Assembly (NCBI GenBank): GCA_042219045.1
Contig: JBDGQO010000030.1
Span: 1-59,673, forward strand
Direction: 5' to 3'
DNA length: 59,673 nucleotides
Source of the DNA: Candidatus Bipolaricaulia bacterium
GTDB lineage: Bacteria; Bipolaricaulota; Bipolaricaulia; RBG-16-55-9
A model generated the notes under the pieces. That model saw only the letters and a program-made list of their open reading frames with translations. It had not been told where the DNA came from and did no database searches. Position numbers and translations under genes: made by a program. Shown piece after piece: positions 58,090 through 59,673 of the stretch; the stretch's first letter is position 1, and every line of letters starts with the position of its first letter.

Positions 58090-59337
58090 TCAGTCGATCC
58101 AGTCCGCTTCGGGGCTGACCGATTCGTCTCCGGATGTCCGTTGGACGGTCTCGGGCACGAAGCGATAGACGATCCCGATGCCCACGAGCGTCAGCAGCCC
58201 CGCCACCAGAAAGGGCAACTCAAAAAAGACGACGGCCAAAACGCCTGCCGAAAGCGGACCGATCGCGAGCCCGGTTCCGAAGCCCATGGTGATGATCGTC
58301 ATCTGGCGCCCTTCGCCGCCGGAGCTCGACATGTCGGCCGCCACCGCGAACGCCGGCGCGGCGATGGCGGCGGCCGCCACACCCTGCAACAGACGCAAGC
58401 CCGTCAGTTGGAACGTCGACACGACCTCGCCCAACAGCGCCGTGGCCGGTGCCATGAGCGCGAGTCCCCCCAAGATGAGCGGCTTTCGGCCGATTCGATC
58501 GGAGAGCCGTCCGAACGGCACCTGCAACAGCAGCCGGCTGACGACGAGCGCGCTGAACGCGATGCTGAAGCCGACGGTCGTCTGGCCCAATCGGGCATTA
58601 AACTCGTTCTCCAGCGTGGTCATCATGCTGAAACTGGCTGCCATGAGGAACGTAGCAAAGCCGAGCGCCAGAAACGCCGGCGTCCAAAGCTCGCGGTTGA
58701 AAAACCGGAACGTGCCCTGATCGGCCTCGTTCTCCGTCACCCGGACGTCATGGACCCAGATACCCACGACAAGAGTGCTGAACGCGATCAGCACGGCCCC
58801 CGTCATAAAGACGGCATTGAAACCGACTTGGACGTGAAGGACGCCGCCGATCAAGGGCCCGAGCGCGAACCCGACCATGCGCAGCGTCGTGAAGATCCCC
58901 ATGGCGCCACCGCGGGTCTCTTTCTCGGTGATGAGGGCCATGAGGCTGATGGAGGCCGAGACCGTGAGCGCGACGCCGATCCCCTGCAGCGCTCGAATCG
59001 CCAGCACGTCGATGAACCGTTGAGCGGCAATGAACGCGGCGCTTCCCAACGCCATCAGAACGAGCCCGCCCAAGATGAAAGGCTTGCGCCGCCCGACCCG
59101 ATCGCTGACTGCGCCCGCGATCGGCTGGGACAGGGCCGTCAGAATCCCGAACGACGAGATCAGCAGCCCGACGAGCACGGGCGTGGGCAATCCGAGGAGG
59201 GGATTGGAGACTTGGGAGACGTAGAGCGGGATGACGATAATGACCATGCTGTTGCCCAGGCCGTCGGCCATGCGGGCGAGCGACAGTGCCAACACGGCCC
59301 GGTTGCCACCGAACCGATGGAGCCAGCGATCGAGCAC
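58090..59337 (-). CDS. MFS transporter
   Basis: About 12 TM; G..SDRVGRRK and GRLSDRIGRK motif A; start uncertain (59337/59370/59400). Confidence 0.9.
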   Translation of the reverse strand: MLDRWLHRFGGNRAVLALSLARMADGLGNSMVIIVIPLYVSQVSNPLLGLPTPVLVGLLISSFGILTALSQPIAGAVSDRVGRRKPFILGGLVLMALGSAAFIAAQRFIDVLAIRALQGIGVALTVSASISLMALITEKETRGGAMGIFTTLRMVGFALGPLIGGVLHVQVGFNAVFMTGAVLIAFSTLVVGIWVHDVRVTENEADQGTFRFFNRELWTPAFLALGFATFLMAASFSMMTTLENEFNARLGQTTVGFSIAFSALVVSRLLLQVPFGRLSDRIGRKPLILGGLALMAPATALLGEVVSTFQLTGLRLLQGVAAAAIAAPAFAVAADMSSSGGEGRQMTIITMGFGTGLAIGPLSAGVLAVVFFELPFLVAGLLTLVGIGIVYRFVPETVQRTSGDESVSPEADWID

Positions 59338-59446
59338 GAGGGTCAATCCTTTCCGTGCGTAGAGATACATTATCGTAAATCGGAGACGGGCGATGGTCAC
59401 ATGACCTGCATCTGACGGGCACTTCGATTTGAGCTATAATTGGGCC

Positions 59447-59673
59447 ATGGAACTGAAACGGATTCCGCTCGGCCAACTGCAAGCCAACTGCTACGTCCTC
59501 TGCTGCGAGGAGACGGACCAAGCCGTCGTCATCGATCCCGGCGCCGAGGAACAAGCGCTGTTCGACGCGCTCGAGGGACTCCGCGTGCGCGAGATCCTGG
59601 CGACCCATGCCCACTGGGACCACGTCTCCGGCGCACCCGCGTTGCAAGAGCGCTTTGACGCGCCGCTGCACGT
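59447..59673 (+). CDS. MBL-fold metallo-hydrolase (glyoxalase II/YcbL-like), partial
   Basis: My translation MELKRIPLGQLQANCY...VIDPG...THAHWDH; runs off the window and is absent from the ORF track. Confidence 0.92.
   Translation, partial: MELKRIPLGQLQANCYVLCCEETDQAVVIDPGAEEQALFDALEGLRVREILATHAHWDHVSGAPALQERFDAPLH

Overview
GC-rich bacterial chromosomal window, mostly transport, peptidase, redox and housekeeping genes. It contains three ABC importers (oligopeptide, glucose/galactose-type, branched-chain amino acid), all without ATPase genes, plus a secreted S8 protease, proC, a PaoABC/YagTSR-like molybdoenzyme, sppA, a heterodimeric ABC exporter, galT-galK, alaS, M42/M24 peptidases, tRNA-Met(CAT), tRNA-Ala(CGC), Fur, MOSC, citrate synthase, a PAS/GAF kinase-NarL pair and YqgF. 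The gene style and D/E-rich proteins suggest a possibly halophilic Ca. Bipolaricaulota (Acetothermia)-like organism; this is inference only. Main findings: (1) a leaderless proline-rich uORF in front of proC, a candidate proline-sensing leader; (2) a membrane-anchored one-component regulator (2 TM + external domain + OmpR-type wHTH, no receiver) with matching TTGAC direct-repeat arrays in front of both neighbouring secreted-protein genes; (3) an archaeal/eukaryotic-type Pus10 in a bacterium; (4) a 41-aa microprotein resembling a detached GalT N-terminus; (5) an internally deleted IS5 remnant; (6) a candidate sRNA behind fur; (7) several apparently leaderless genes. No CRISPR array, rRNA or prophage was seen. 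All family calls come from motif recognition by eye, not database searches.
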